Source: Octopus bimaculoides
Taxonomy: Eukaryota
Assembly (NCBI RefSeq): GCF_001194135.2
Contig: NC_069004.1
Span: 1,138,618 to 1,202,617, forward strand
Direction of reading: 5' to 3'
DNA length: 64,000 bases
A program made the position numbers and the translations under genes. The notes beneath the pieces were generated by a model, which was not told the origin of the DNA, did not search any database, and was given only the letters and a program-made list of their open reading frames with translations. Shown here piece by piece: positions 50,415-64,000 of this stretch. How positions within the stretch are numbered: position 1 is the stretch's first letter; each line of letters starts with the position of its first letter.

Positions 50415-51147
50415 ATTTTTTCAAAATAATTTTGGGGAGTTGGGATTGTCTTAATTTTATCTTTGTGATATTATCATCAGATTGGTAAAGATGGCACAGG
50501 TGGTAATGCAGAGAGAAATAAATTAATTTTGTTGATTAATGACCGAGTTCAAATCCTGCCAGTCCAGTCAGCTTCGGGACTGCATTTTACAGGAAATATT
50601 TACAATGTTCAGTTCAATAGACTACACACTTCTCTTTGTATGGATATAAATCATATTATGCAATAAAAATTTATACAGGGTCAAGGGCCCACTAAGTGAC
50701 TGGGGTACACTAAAAGCTAATTAGCATGGTGGGAAGAGAGAATGACAAGATTATGACTCCAATACGATGTCTCACAACTCAGGTGAAGTCCATGTGCCAA
50801 ACAGGTACAATAATTGGGAAGGAAAAAATTTTTTTAAAAATTAAGGGGAAAGTTATGTCCCTTGATCATCGATGCTAAGCTCTTCGTAGTTACCTCCCTT
50901 TCAAATTCAAAGATTTTTGGGGGTTTTTTTACCTCCTGAAAATAAAGGTGTTTATCGTTGTCAAGGAGTTAATTGCCTGCAAAAAAAAAAAAAAGAAGAA
51001 GCTAAAATGACCCCCAACTATATGTGAATACACACACACAAACACTTTGCTAGTGTATAAAGGCCATTTGGATAAAAAGGCTTTGTCAATTGTTAACCTA
51101 ATGAACAGAGTTTTGTATGACTGAGAACATTGTCTACAAATGTCAGA

Positions 51148-51532
<385 letters not shown>

Positions 51533-51714
51533 ATGGTGGTGAATATGCAGAATTGTTAGTGTTAGAAAAAATGCCTTGTGGTAATTGTTCTGGCTCATTT
51601 ATAAGCTTAATTCTTTCAAAATTAACTTTTCCTTTCATTCTTCTGTGTTTGATAAAATAAAGTGCCAAACAGAGGGGTACCAAAACAACCATAATTGGTC
51701 ATTACAGATGTGCT

Positions 51715-51752
<38 letters not shown>

Positions 51753-52567
51753 TCCTGTTATTTGGATTACATACATACATACACATATATATGTATGTAT
51801 GTATGTATACTTTATTTGTGTATTAAGGCTACCGTTGGTTTTATGATAACCCTTAGGTTGTTACACTGTAGAAGTGGTTTTAGTGAGAAACTGTGGTTAA
51901 ATGAAACAATAACCTGAAAGACACCACAGCCTTCGGCTTTCTTTGAGCCAAACAGGTTCATGGTTGGTAGGAAGAGACAAGCTTCATGAACTTACTAATC
52001 ATATTGAACCTGTATGTTATCAAAAGAAAAAAAGAACCCCCCCCCCCAAGTAATTAAGTTTGACAGATGCCCCTGACTCCAGCAGAGTGCAGATGACTGT
52101 TGAGGCTAACTGGAGTGAAACGGGACAGATGTGATGGACTCCTGTGGAGGAAGGAAACCGGTGGAGGCAAAGGGCATATTGAAACTTAACTAATTGAACA
52201 TTATATCCAGGGTGAGGCTGACAGATGTGCTGGACTCTTGGTAGGGAGAAACGGGTGTAGAATGGCATACAATGATGGCTGTTGATGTAACAGGGAGAAG
52301 TGAAGTTTCCATTTAAATGAACTTGATAACATTGCTGTATAAACAGTAAGAAAAGACTCCCTGTTGTCGATGTTAGAGATTGGCAGGCATTGAAGGTCAA
52401 CAGAATTACCAATATGTAATATAGAATTGTTATAGCAATATATAATTATATGGAATATTATACAGTAATACATCATAGTATAGAGTATTATACACCAATA
52501 TATTGTTATATAAAAATGTTATACAGCAATATATCATATAATATGGAACAGTTATACAACAATAGAT

Positions 52568-52798
52568 AATCATCATCATCATCATCGTTTAACGTCCGCT
52601 TTCCATGCTAGCATGGGTTGGACGATTTGACTGAGGACTGGTGAAACCGGATGGCAACACCAGGCTCCAGTCTGATTTGGCAGAGTTTCTACAGCTGGAT
52701 GCCCTTCCTAACGCCAACCACTCAGAGAGTGTAGTGGGTGCTTTTACGTGTCACCCGCACGAAAACGGCCACGCTCGAAATGGTGTCTTTTATGTGCC
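52568..52798 (-). mobile_element. Family-3 SINE, young, runs into an assembly gap
   Basis: (CAT)n cgtttaacgtccgctttccatgctagcatggg; CpGs retained. Confidence 0.92.
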
Positions 52799-53684
52799 NN
52801 NNNNNNNNNNNNNNNNNNNNNNNNNNNNNNNNNNNNNNNNNNNNNNNNNNNNNNNNNNNNNNNNNNNNNNNNNNNNNNNNNNNNNNNNNNNNNNNNNNNN
52901 NNNNNNNNNNNNNNNNNNNNNNNNNNNNNNNNNNNNNNNNNNNNNNNNNNNNNNNNNNNNNNNNNNNNNNNNNNNNNNNNNNNNNNNNNNNNNNNNNNNN
53001 NNNNNNNNNNNNNNNNNNNNNNNNNNNNNNNNNNNNNNNNNNNNNNNNNNNNNNNNNNNNNNNNNNNNNNNNNNNNNNNNNNNNNNNNNNNNNNNNNNNN
53101 NNNNNNNNNNNNNNNNNNNNNNNNNNNNNNNNNNNNNNNNNNNNNNNNNNNNNNNNNNNNNNNNNNNNNNNNNNNNNNNNNNNNNNNNNNNNNNNNNNNN
53201 NNNNNNNNNNNNNNNNNNNNNNNNNNNNNNNNNNNNNNNNNNNNNNNNNNNNNNNNNNNNNNNNNNNNNNNNNNNNNNNNNNNNNNNNNNNNNNNNNNNN
53301 NNNNNNNNNNNNNNNNNNNNNNNNNNNNNNNNNNNNNNNNNNNNNNNNNNNNNNNNNNNNNNNNNNNNNNNNNNNNNNNNNNNNNNNNNNNNNNNNNNNN
53401 NNNNNNNNNNNNNNNNNNNNNNNNNNNNNNNNNNNNNNNNNNNNNNNNNNNNNNNNNNNNNNNNNNNNNNNNNNNNNNNNNNNNNNNNNNNNNNNNNNNN
53501 NNNNNNNNNNNNNNNNNNNNNNNNNNNNNNNNNNNNNNNNNNNCCCCCCCGATGGCCTTGTGCCTATATAAGAATGCATTTCGTACATTTGTGCAAATTA
53601 GTCAAAATCTTGCAATCCTAACGATGTACATAGATTTATAATGCTTTGCCTTAAATTTACATTTTAAGAATATTAAAATAAATG

Positions 53685-53715
<31 letters not shown>

Positions 53716-54189
53716 AGTCATACAAAGGCACTCATTATCATTTATGCACAGCAATATAGAAATGATTGTGACATCTTGTAAGAGTAAATAATGAATAACC
53801 TACATTTGACATCTCTCGAATAATACTTTCTCTAATAATTTCAGTGTTTCTAAAAATAGAAGACATCTATGAGAGCGAGCGACAGTGTGACATGAATATC
53901 ATTTAAGAAAAAGGATGACCTCGAAAAGATTTTCCCACAGAATTAGAAGGGTAGAGGAGATAAAAAAGAAAGAAAAAAAAAGAAAAAAGAAAAAAAGAAA
54001 AACGAAAAGTGCATTAGCTCGTTGGTTATAAGTTACTTTATAATCATAAAAATATGTTAAATATTATTTGCTGCTTATAACATGAATAAATAGAGAGTGT
54101 ATCATCATCATCCTGTCCTATCACAACCATTGAACCAGTGTTAGTTTGTTTATGTCCATGTAACTTGATTTGGTAAGAGAAACAGAATA

Positions 54190-54420
54190 TAAGGTGGTGA
54201 GATGGCAGAAACGTTAGCATACTGGGCAAAATGCTCAGCGGTATTTCATCTGTCTTTACGTTCTGAGTTCAAATTCCAGAGGTCCTTTCGGGGTCGATTA
54301 AATAAGTACCAGTTATGCACTGGGGTCGATGTAATCGACTTAATCCGTTTGTCTGTCCTTGTTTGTCCCCTCTGTGTTTAGCCCCTTGTGGGCAGTAAAG
54401 AAATAAGAGAGAGACATAGA
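54190..54420 (+). mobile_element. Family-2 SINE with alternative tail (gccccttgtgggcagtaaagaaataag)
   Basis: Family-2 head, then a different 3' module. Confidence 0.85.
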
Positions 54421-55211
54421 ATAAATACAAGAATTTTAAAAAAGAACAGAGCTGTTTAATTAATAAGCCGACAAGGTGGTGCCCCAGCATGGTCGGAGTC
54501 CAGAAACAAAATAAAATATATGTACTTGTGTGTCTTTGCACCTGTCTCACCCCCACCGTCACCAATATTTGACAACCAGTGTTGGTTCGTTTATGTCGTC
54601 ACAGCTTCGCAGTTTGGCAAAAGAAAACTGCTAGAATAAGTATTAGGCTTAAAAGAATATGTTCTGGGGTTGATCTGTTCAACTAAACCCTTCAAGGCTG
54701 TGCCCCAGCATGGCCACAGTTCAATGACTGAAACAAGCAAACGATTAAAAGATAAAGAGATAAAGATTATGTCACATTGAGATTTGAGGTGTCATGTGAC
54801 ACTTCATGGGAATGAATCTGTTGAGGGAGAGGGAGGAGAGAGAGGGGGAGAGGGGAGCGAGAAGACGCGAATGGAATAAGGTTAGATGGGAGTGAAGAAT
54901 GAAGATTTAATGAGAAACATGTTAAGGAATGAGAGAGAGAGAGAGAGAGGGATAGAGAGAGAGGGGGAGGGAGAGAGAGAGAGAGAAATAGTTGATGGAG
55001 AGAAGAGATATGGGTTGACATGAGAGTGATCGAGAATGTATGTGTGTGTGTGTGCATGCATCTATGTATGGGTATATCTAATGTGTGTGCTTGCGTGTGG
55101 TGTGTGTGTGTACATTATTCATACATGAGGGTGATTGAGAATGTGTGTGTTGTGTGTGTCTGCTTGTATATGAATAATGTGTATGTCTGTATCTGGGCAT
55201 GAGTGTACATC

Positions 55212-55242
<31 letters not shown>

Positions 55243-55719
55243 ACATACACATGCATGTGAATGTACATATGTGTATGTGTCTACATACATCACCAGTGTG
55301 TATGAATGTATTGTCTGTGTGCATGCATGTGTATGTACATTGTGTGTGTGTATGTGTGTGTGTGTGTATGTGTGTGTGTGTGTATGTGTGTGTNNNNNNN
55401 NNNTGTGTATGTGTGTGTGTGTGTATGTGTGTGTGTGTGTATGTGTGTGTGTGTGTACCCATTATCTAAGTGTGTGTGTGTGTGCATTCATGTGAAGCGA
55501 TCATGCATACATAAATAAATGGATTTCGGTCAGTTCCAACAAATGATTAATTCCAACTTTTCAATCAACAACAAAACTGTTGACTCATTGGACTAGTATG
55601 TATATGGCTGTGTATTCCACAGACTCCTGTACCCACGCATCTTTAATATAACTCTCAGAGACAATCAGCATGATACAACATTTGACTGCATTCTTGAATT
55701 ACAAGAGCAATCCACAGGA

Positions 55720-56155
55720 CAGGCTTCCACACAGTTTCCATCAACCAAATCCCCGCACAAGGCTTTGCTTGGCCTGAGGTTATAGCAGAAGATATTTGCC
55801 TAAGGTAGCATGCTTCTCAACCACATGGTTCTGAATTCAGTCCCACTGCGTGGCACCTTGGGAAAGTGTCTTCTACTATAGCCTCAAGATGACCAGAGCC
55901 TTGTGAGTGGATTTGGTAGATGGAAACTGAATGAAGTCCACTGCATGTTTGTGTGCATGTCCCATTACCGTTTGACAACCGGTGTTGGTTTGTTTATGTC
56001 CCCATGACTTAGCAGTTCAGCAAGAGGCCAATAGAATAAGTACCGGACTTACAAAAAAGAAAAAAGTACTGGAGTCGATTCATTTGACTAAAAATTCTTC
56101 AAGGAGGTGCCCCAGCATGGCCGCAGTCTAAAGACAGAAACAAGTAAAAGATAAA
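55720..56155. mobile_element. Head-to-head family-1 SINEs (55720-55808 -, 55808-56155 +)
   Basis: Left piece is the reverse complement of part of the right copy. Confidence 0.85.
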
Positions 56156-57379
56156 GGAAATGGAGAAATAATGGACATTTTAACCATTTTTAACATGCGT
56201 ATCACCAGGAATTCCAAGGGTACGGAATGAATATAATATCCATGCAGAGACACACACACACGCACTGCAAAATTGTTAGATTTAAGTAAAACCCTTAATG
56301 ACGATGGCCCAACATGGCTGGAACCTGATGACTGAAACAAACAAGCAAAGGAAATTTTTTAGGGGTGTCAAAAGGAGTTTGGTGGATGGGAGTCAGTAAG
56401 GAGATGTTGTCGTTTGACTGGCTTTTGGATGGGTGTGTGTGTGTGTGTGTGTGTGCGATCCGTTTGACTGTGGCATTGTTTTTGTTTGTTTGCTGTTCAC
56501 CTGGATATCTTTCAAGAGGTTTTCTAGGGTTTCAGGGGGTTTGCTAGGGTTTCTGCTACCCTGGTGAAATGTTAACTTGATACGTCTGCAATTTCACTTC
56601 TTCAGTTCATCAAATTTGTGTCTGCAGCAATTTAAAGGGCAGCAAATTCTGGTGTCATCATCTCATCAATTGAAAACCACACACGGGGCCACACATACAC
56701 ACACATACAGGCAATATGCACATACACAGGGGGCACATGCACACACACACTGCAATGCACATGCATACATACACAGCGACATTTAAAACACTGACATATA
56801 CACACTCATATATAAACAAACTTATACACTCAAGTATATATGTAAACTTACACACAGATGCTAACATGCACACACACACAGATGTGCATTCACAAACATA
56901 GATGCATGCATGCACTTGTGGATGCCTTGCATGCACAGACACATGCACACACGTACATGTATACATATACATAGGTACATGAACACACAAACACACACAC
57001 ACATACACACACAAACAATCTCTCCCGGGTAATGAATAAAGTCACAGATGGCTATGTGCAGTCTTTCTTTTATGGGATCCAGTTACTGACCCCGCTGGGA
57101 CACACATTTCTAGGGCTTAGTTAATTACACTAGAGGTACATTTGATAATGTAAACCTAGATGTGTTATGCCTGATTAAGAAATGAAATTGTCATGATCAG
57201 AACTGACAGGGGGCCAACAACAACAACAACTACAATTATTTAAGTCAAAGAAGAAGCTTCTTTACAGTCTCTTGGTTTGCTAGAAATAGCAGCTGAATCT
57301 CCCTCAAGCCACACTTTGCCATCATGAAAGAGGAAATGATGTTGCTACTTTAGATTAAGGAAACCATAGATATCTGTCA

Positions 57380-57900
57380 CAAGACCCAGTTCTTGTTGTA
57401 GTACGGTGGCTTCTGTGTCTCAATGGGCCCCGAGAGCCAGGCTTGTGGAACACAAGCTCCTTGTCGAGCCTCCCATGCTGGACAGATCAAAGGATAGAGG
57501 CCAGGTTAATATGGACCAACTCTTCCCAGAGGTGAAAATGGGTTTGCAGAGGGCCAATACCCTTAATAACTCTACCTAGAAAAAAAAAAGGAATGTTAAG
57601 AAGCATTGGTGATAATTGAAAGCCAGCAAGATCCAGGAGAGGAAGGCCTTATGCTGTGCACTGTTTGTGCAGCTTTGGTCACTTTTTCTGATGAGTTGTA
57701 GTGCAGCACCTGAGCACTGCATACGGTAAGTGACACGGTGCAGCAAAAATCGAAAAGGAAGTGGAGTACAGAGGGAGAGATGAGAAAGCAGGGATCCAAT
57801 CAGAGACAAGCAGAAAAGGCAGCCGGGAGTGCAGAGAGCAGTGGAGAAAAGACATCAATAGCCCAAGGCCCGTAGGAAGGGAAGGGGTTGGGTAAGAAAC
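57380..57900 (+). mobile_element. RTE-like LINE remnant (5'-UTR-like piece plus 3' end, internally deleted)
   Basis: 57740-57870 reads EGEMRKQGSNQRQAEKAA...WRK and shares gaaaagcagggatccaa...catcaatagcc with 61790-61880. Confidence 0.55.
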
Positions 57901-58419
57901 CGAGCAGCCTTAGACATACAATGTCATACAGAGATAGGGAGAAAACAAAAGAGATGGTAACAGCTGGAAAGCTTTTGACTGACCACGTGTCTCCTTGATC
58001 AGGACTGATCTAGAGTTATACTACTGCTACTACTGCTACTGCTACTACTACAGCATCAAACAAACAAGCTTCTGTGTGAACCCATTAAGATTATGTATTT
58101 TAGAAATGTAAGTTTGTTCTCTAAATTTAAATCTGTTTTTTGGTTGTCTTCATATATCAAAATATCTGCAACAGATGCTGATGTAGGCCAGGCTGTGTAG
58201 TCATGGCAACAGGAGGGGGTAAAAATGAGACGATTATGTAATTGTCAAGTGAGAGTGCCTCTCCCCCCCCTCGCCCAACCGGATCGACTCTTACAGATTA
58301 AAGCCAGGAAACAAGCAGCAGTACAAGTAAAGTGTGTGACATTTTGAGAGTTGAAATGTAAACGAAAAACCGGCAACCCAGCCACGTACAACGACTGATG
58401 TTCTGTGATGACTCACCAC

Positions 58420-58730
58420 AAGGCTACCACCACCACCACCACCACCACCACCACCACCAACACTAATGCCGCTACTAAGACTACAGCCAACACCATCACC
58501 AAACACCACTGCAATCAACACTACCATGAATCTACCACCACCACCACCACCATGACAAGCACTACCCAATACTACCACTACTACCACTACAACCAACACC
58601 ACTGTTAACATGATCACCACTACTAGCAATGCATCCAATACCACAAACACTACCACCAATACCACAATCAACACTAACATCAGTGGCACAACCATTGACA
58701 TACCACCACCACCACCACCACCAGCATAGA
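58420..58730. repeat. Cryptic (ACC/ACT/AAC)n triplet low-complexity (similar at 34700-35120, 48065-48235, 63230-63330)
   Basis: Direct reading. Confidence 0.85.
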
Positions 58731-59304
58731 AGCAACATCGTCCATTTCTAGTCTTCTGCAAAAAATATGTCTGGCCATGGGGAAATATTCCCTTGACCAT
58801 TATCCCAGAGACACTACAACAAAATGGCCCATAATTTACTGCTCAGATACAATGAGTGTGGCCTATAAATTTATGCTTTGGTGCAATAAAAGACTTTTCT
58901 ATAAATTACCTGAATCACAAATGGCCTATAAATCATTATTCAGATACCATCAAAAGACTTCCCTGGTGGCACGTAAAAGCACCCACTACACTCTCGGAGT
59001 GGTTGGCATTAGGAAGGGCATCCTGCTGTAGAAACTATGTGATGAATGCCCCTTGGCTCTTCTGTACCACCGTCGGCCTGAACAGTCACCTCAAGCACCA
59101 GTGTCCTTCACACCCATCAGGAGGAAGAGGCTTAGTCACTCTCCACAGATTAACTAACCCTAACCCTAACCCCTGAATGAATTCCCAGCAATTTATCATT
59201 TTGCATTCTTAAAGAAATTTCAAGAATGATTACTATGGAAATACAAATCCAATATATCATTGATTTTTTATATATATATATATATATTTCTTTTCAATTC
59301 CAGC

Positions 59305-59347
<43 letters not shown>

Positions 59348-59784
59348 CCATATTCAGACAGAGAAAATGTGTCAGCAGTCTTGGAATCGAGACAGTTTTC
59401 CTAGAAACCAACTTACAGACACACAGCACCAATATCATTTCTGTCAACAGACTGTTCTTTCTTTCTTTCTCTCTCTCTCTCTCTCTCTCTCGTTGTTATC
59501 GTCTGAACATAACTGTGGTATTATTGTTACTGGTGGAGGCTTCATTGATTTCAACAATAAGCATTCAGTCACTTGATAAACTCAATTTCTACTTATGAAA
59601 TTAACAGATGGTTGAGTATTCCACAGACATTTATAATACAGAATAGTCTTGAACTCCACCTGTACAATCCACCTTATTACCTTTCCTCCTCTCTGGCCCC
59701 CCCCTTTTCTCACTAACCCCTGACACGAATCCATTCCATTCTCTTTCACCTGTCCCCTTCCACACTCCCTCCCTCAATAGACCT

Positions 59785-60210
59785 GCATTTAGAATCATCA
59801 TCATCATCATCATTTTACTGTTCGCTTTTCCTTGCTTGCATCAGTCAGACGGAATATGCCAAGACAGATTTTCAATGGCTGGATGCCTTTCCTTTGGCTA
59901 ACCCTCATCCGTTTCGAAGAATGGTTGTATTTTCCCCATGGCCAGACATGTTTCCGCAGAGGACTGGAAACAAACACAAACAACAACACTTGTATAAAGC
60001 CACTCACTCACAACTATTGCACGATGCCAAAACAAGGACACGCACACACAATGAGTGTCTTTCCAATCACCAAATCCACTTATAAAGCTTCAGGCAGTCC
60101 AGGACTACATTAGACGGCACTGGTCCAAGGGCTATATAACAAAACATTTGTCCAAGCTGTGGGGCTGATCCAGAAACTATGTGGCTGGGAAGTAAACATC
60201 TTGACCACAC
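59785..60210 (-). mobile_element. Family-1 SINE with module-C / (GAT)n tail
   Basis: catcatcatcat...ggatgccttt...aaatccactt...cttgaccacac. Confidence 0.85.
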
Positions 60211-61637
60211 TGGAGAAGCTATTTGTCTCCTCTTCAGCATGATGTCCGTTTCTGTCGCTCTATCATACTTTCAATGCCTCCAGTACCATTTGTCCACTCA
60301 GTCAAAGAGAATTGTCTTGTGATGGATCTCCTGAACGTTCACAGTCATAAAAAAAAAAATCACAGATGAAAGAGAGAAGGATTTTCATAGCCCTTTGGAG
60401 CAATTCTTCCTAAGTTGGTAGCTATCTGGAGAGTTCATACTTAAACCTCACAAATAAGAGGGAGGAGAATACAAGTAAACCTTTACAGCTGTTTCTAGGG
60501 TGTGGTGTGTTCAGTAAGAGCAGTATTGTGCATTGTGTATACATACACATGAAGTAAATTGATGCCAGTGAATGTATATGAAATAGCACAAAATTAAATT
60601 ATATTAAAACTCCCTCCATCATAAGAATATTTCTCTCCAGATGTCTACCAACTTATGAAGAATTACTATGAAGTAGTAGCCAGATCCTCCTCGTTTTTAT
60701 CTATGATATTAGAGGATGAACTTTCAGGATATCAACCTGTCTCTGAAGCACTTCAATGAACTCTTTTGCTTTTCTCATTTCCTGCTTAATTATATTTATA
60801 CTCACTTCTGTATAACTATTTTATAAATGTTATGATGCCTTTCACAACTGCCTGACCATCTTTTATTACATATGTATACATACACATATATACATACATG
60901 TGTGTGTGTATACATGTATGTTTATACATACATATATATTTCTACATACACGTATGAACATATGTATATACATATATATATGTTTACATGTATGCACATA
61001 TGTATATGTATACAGGTATATACATATATGCATGTACATATGTATATACTTGTATGTATATATGTATATGTATATATATAAACACATGTACCAATATGTG
61101 TGTGTGTGTATATATATCTATATATATATATATACACCCACACACGCACACACCTTTATGTTTACATAGCTGAGATAGATTAGTTAAAACACCAAACTAA
61201 TCTCTCTCTACACAGACTTATCTACTTCTCTACAACTCGTATTTCCCATCAACCACCCTTCCCCCCATGTTCACCTTTCACCATATCCACCTCTACCAGC
61301 ATCTCTCTCCACCCCTCTTGCAACCTCTGCCCCCATCCCTATCTTCTATCCACCTTGTCAACACCTCCTTTATTCCTCTTTCCAGCTCCACCCTGATTCC
61401 CCACCTAATATGACCTTCTCTTTTTTAAGATTGTAGATTTGGATACTATTTCTAGCAGGCCAAATGACCACATATGGGTTTCTTTGATGTTTGCTTTGTA
61501 TTTGCTGAGTGAATTGATGATTTTTTTGAAGATATAATTCTTTGGTTTTTAGATAAAAAAAAGCCAACAGCTCATTCCATGGCAAAGCTCCAGTAGGGGC
61601 TTTACTTTGAAAGTATCTTTATGTCCTAAATGTGTGC

Positions 61638-61920
61638 ACGGCTGTGTAGTTAAGAAGTCTGCTTCCAAACCTTGTGGTCTCTGGTTCAATCCCACTGCAT
61701 GGCATTTTGGGCAAGTGTCTTTTACTTTAGCTCCAGGAAACATGAACTCACAAGAGAGGCTGAACAACAGACACTCCAAAAATAGCTTGAGGCAGAGCTG
61801 AAAAAGCAGGGATCCAACTGCAGGGAAGCAGAAACGACAGCTCAGAGTGAAAAAGAGTGGCGAAAAAGTCATCAATAGCCTATGTACCACAGAGAGTAGA
61901 GGGCTTCATTAAATAAGTAG
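61638..61920 (+). mobile_element. Chimera: family-1 SINE tRNA/CORE-like head fused to an RTE LINE 3' end
   Basis: SINE head to about 61735, then EAELKKQGSNCREAETTAQSEKEWRK..VINSLCTTESRGLH, typical of an RTE C-terminus. Confidence 0.7.
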
Positions 61921-64000
61921 TTCCTGCCTGCAGTTAGAATGATTGCCCTCACAACACTTGACATTCATATCAAGTCACTTCTTGTTTCTATTGAAGGCAT
62001 CCTTGAAACGACGATGAGGTTAACCTTACGTTCTTGTGCTGGAGGCCAGCATCTTACACAGCGTCTCTTTTGAGATTTTTCCCATCTGACATATATATGA
62101 TTCAGTTTTCTTTCATGAGAAAACCATTCTCTGTTGCCAGGCCTCTGTCTTTTGTCACATGGTGGGTGGAGTGGAATTACATAACCACAAAATTACTTTA
62201 CAGTGAGGAGGCCAGAAATATTTTCTTATATAAAATTAATTTATGTTGTTGTTTAGCCATTACCTCCCTCACCAACCAAGCAATTCTTATTTCAGCAGAC
62301 CTATGATCAATGGCATTCCTGCCATGACCATCCCATCTTTCATGCATATCAGAAATTACATTGTCCAATGCATCTTATTAAGAACATCAGGTGCAAACTG
62401 AGAGAGTTTTGGGTGCTATTTCTAGCAAATTCAGCTACCATGCAGAAGTTCCCAGTTGGCTTGGCTTGTGTGACTGCAAAGAGATTTCTCCATTTGTATG
62501 TTAATTAATTAATTAGTTTATTTACATGCTATACAATGTTTTACTTAATGGTTGTATGCATGTGCACGTGCATACACATGTGCATACACAAGTGTGTATA
62601 CATGTGAGTTATCTATATGGGATAAAAAAGCTATGATAAGCTTTTTAGAGAAATCCTGAATTACTAAAGTATAAAGTTTCCTTTCTCAACTTTTTCCTAA
62701 TGTGATTTTAAAAAGATTAGTTAAATCTCCAGCATCATGTTGGGAAGAATGTAGCATTAAGTATGAAACTCAATTTATGCTTAAAAGCCTTGAGTGGCTT
62801 GGGGGCTATTTTGAAGTTAATGTTTTACTGGTAATTATCAATTTAAAAAAAAAAGATTTTAAAAATTGTCAAAAACTAATTAAAATGCAAAGCTCAAAAA
62901 TAAAAAAAATTTGAAACCTCACACATGTCTGTCATATATTAGATACACTTGCCATTCACACCCCACCGTTCATGTGTTGTTTTGTTGGCCTTGTCTGTGC
63001 CTCATCTGTTGGTCTCTGTTTGCAATGAGGCAATAATCAAAGGAAGCTGTGTGGACCGGAGCAAGGACACAACATGCTGCTGGGAATTGAACTCCTAACC
63101 TCATGATTGTGAGCCAAGCATTCTAACCACTAAACCAGATACCTTCACAATAGCATGTAAAATACTGGGTTAAAAAAACCCATGGATGGAGAAAAATGAA
63201 ACGTTGCCCATGGGATTGAAACCTACAGCTTGATGATGGCAGTGATGGTGATGATGACAATGATGTTGGTAGTAGTAGTAGTAGTATGGTGATGGTGACT
63301 GTCATGACACTGGTGGTGGTGGTGGTGGTGGCTGATCTGAAACCGTCTCCATTTATCTCTCTTCTCATCCCACATGTTGATGTCCGTCTTCCCAGGTTCT
63401 GCACCTACCATTACCCCCAAATCCTTCCCACTGAGACAGTCAGGAAATCCTTTTGGAAAATTCCTCTCAGCACATGAACCATAGCAATTCCACCAGACTC
63501 AGAAACCCTGCAAAGGACCAAGGGCACAGCCTCTTACTCTAGATACATCCAATAAAGCATAAGTCACTGTGATGTACAGATGGTGGTGGTAGTGGTGAGA
63601 TGGTGGTGGTGGCAGTGGTGGTGGTATGTGTACAGATAGTGGTTGTCATGTGACTGACTTGTGGTTAGTAGTAAAGATAATTAGATGAAGGCTGTGATTT
63701 GTTGGTTGGTTGGTTTCTTCGTCAGTTGGTGTACTAGATTCTGAAAGTCCTTCCAAAAATACACCTTGGAGGCCCCATTGACACACTATAATAATAAAGT
63801 CTGCCTTATCAGAGATTTTACTATCAGTGTACGTGAGAAGATAGCTTCCTTGGGCAGATTGATAGAAAACAGATAGCCAAGAATCCACCACACTATCTGC
63901 CTGGTCAAAAAACAATCGTTAAGTGGGTCGTAATATATTTAATATTTGTGGTAAGACAGATAGGGATATTAGTGTTAACATATTTAATATAGGGAACATT

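Noticed and set aside
52020-52412. 130-aa minus ORF, possible LINE endonuclease
   Set aside because: No diagnostic APE or RT motif recognisable; probably a TE relic but unsupported.
56515-56560. Plant-telomere-like tagggttt motifs
   Set aside because: Only two non-tandem copies.
58291-58800. Mucin-like Thr-rich or Gly/Val-rich ORFs
   Set aside because: Triplet low-complexity typical of non-coding DNA here; no convincing splice context.
63646-63915. 89-aa minus ORF, and similar 70-90 aa ORFs at 29010, 49829 and 62034
   Set aside because: Length within chance expectation, no recognisable domain or paired splice sites.

Overview
AT-rich, microsatellite-dense eukaryotic genomic DNA from a gapped draft assembly (8 N-runs). 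The SINE families look like those of an octopus (coleoid cephalopod); this is pattern recall, not a database result. Most of the window is intronic or intergenic: dozens of SINE copies from several modular families, decayed RTE-clade and R4/Dong-clade LINE fragments, one MITE remnant, two diverged minisatellites and many microsatellites. Nearly all ORFs in the supplied track are artefacts of simple repeats or N-gaps. The one well-supported coding segment is a minus-strand exon at about 31980-32297. It reads as an extracellular, Ser/Thr/Pro-rich stretch with N-glycosylation sequons and an RRKR furin-type site, and ends at a GTGAGC donor. It lies downstream of a CpG-rich putative promoter/5' UTR at about 33.6-35.6 kb. 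The gene probably continues off the left edge through long introns. Seven weaker candidate exons (18.6 kb to 1.0 kb) can be joined in one frame; all internal stops in them are TGA. This is the most intriguing observation but the least certain, because the exons were picked by eye. No gene symbol can be assigned. No rRNA, true tRNA or CRISPR array was seen.
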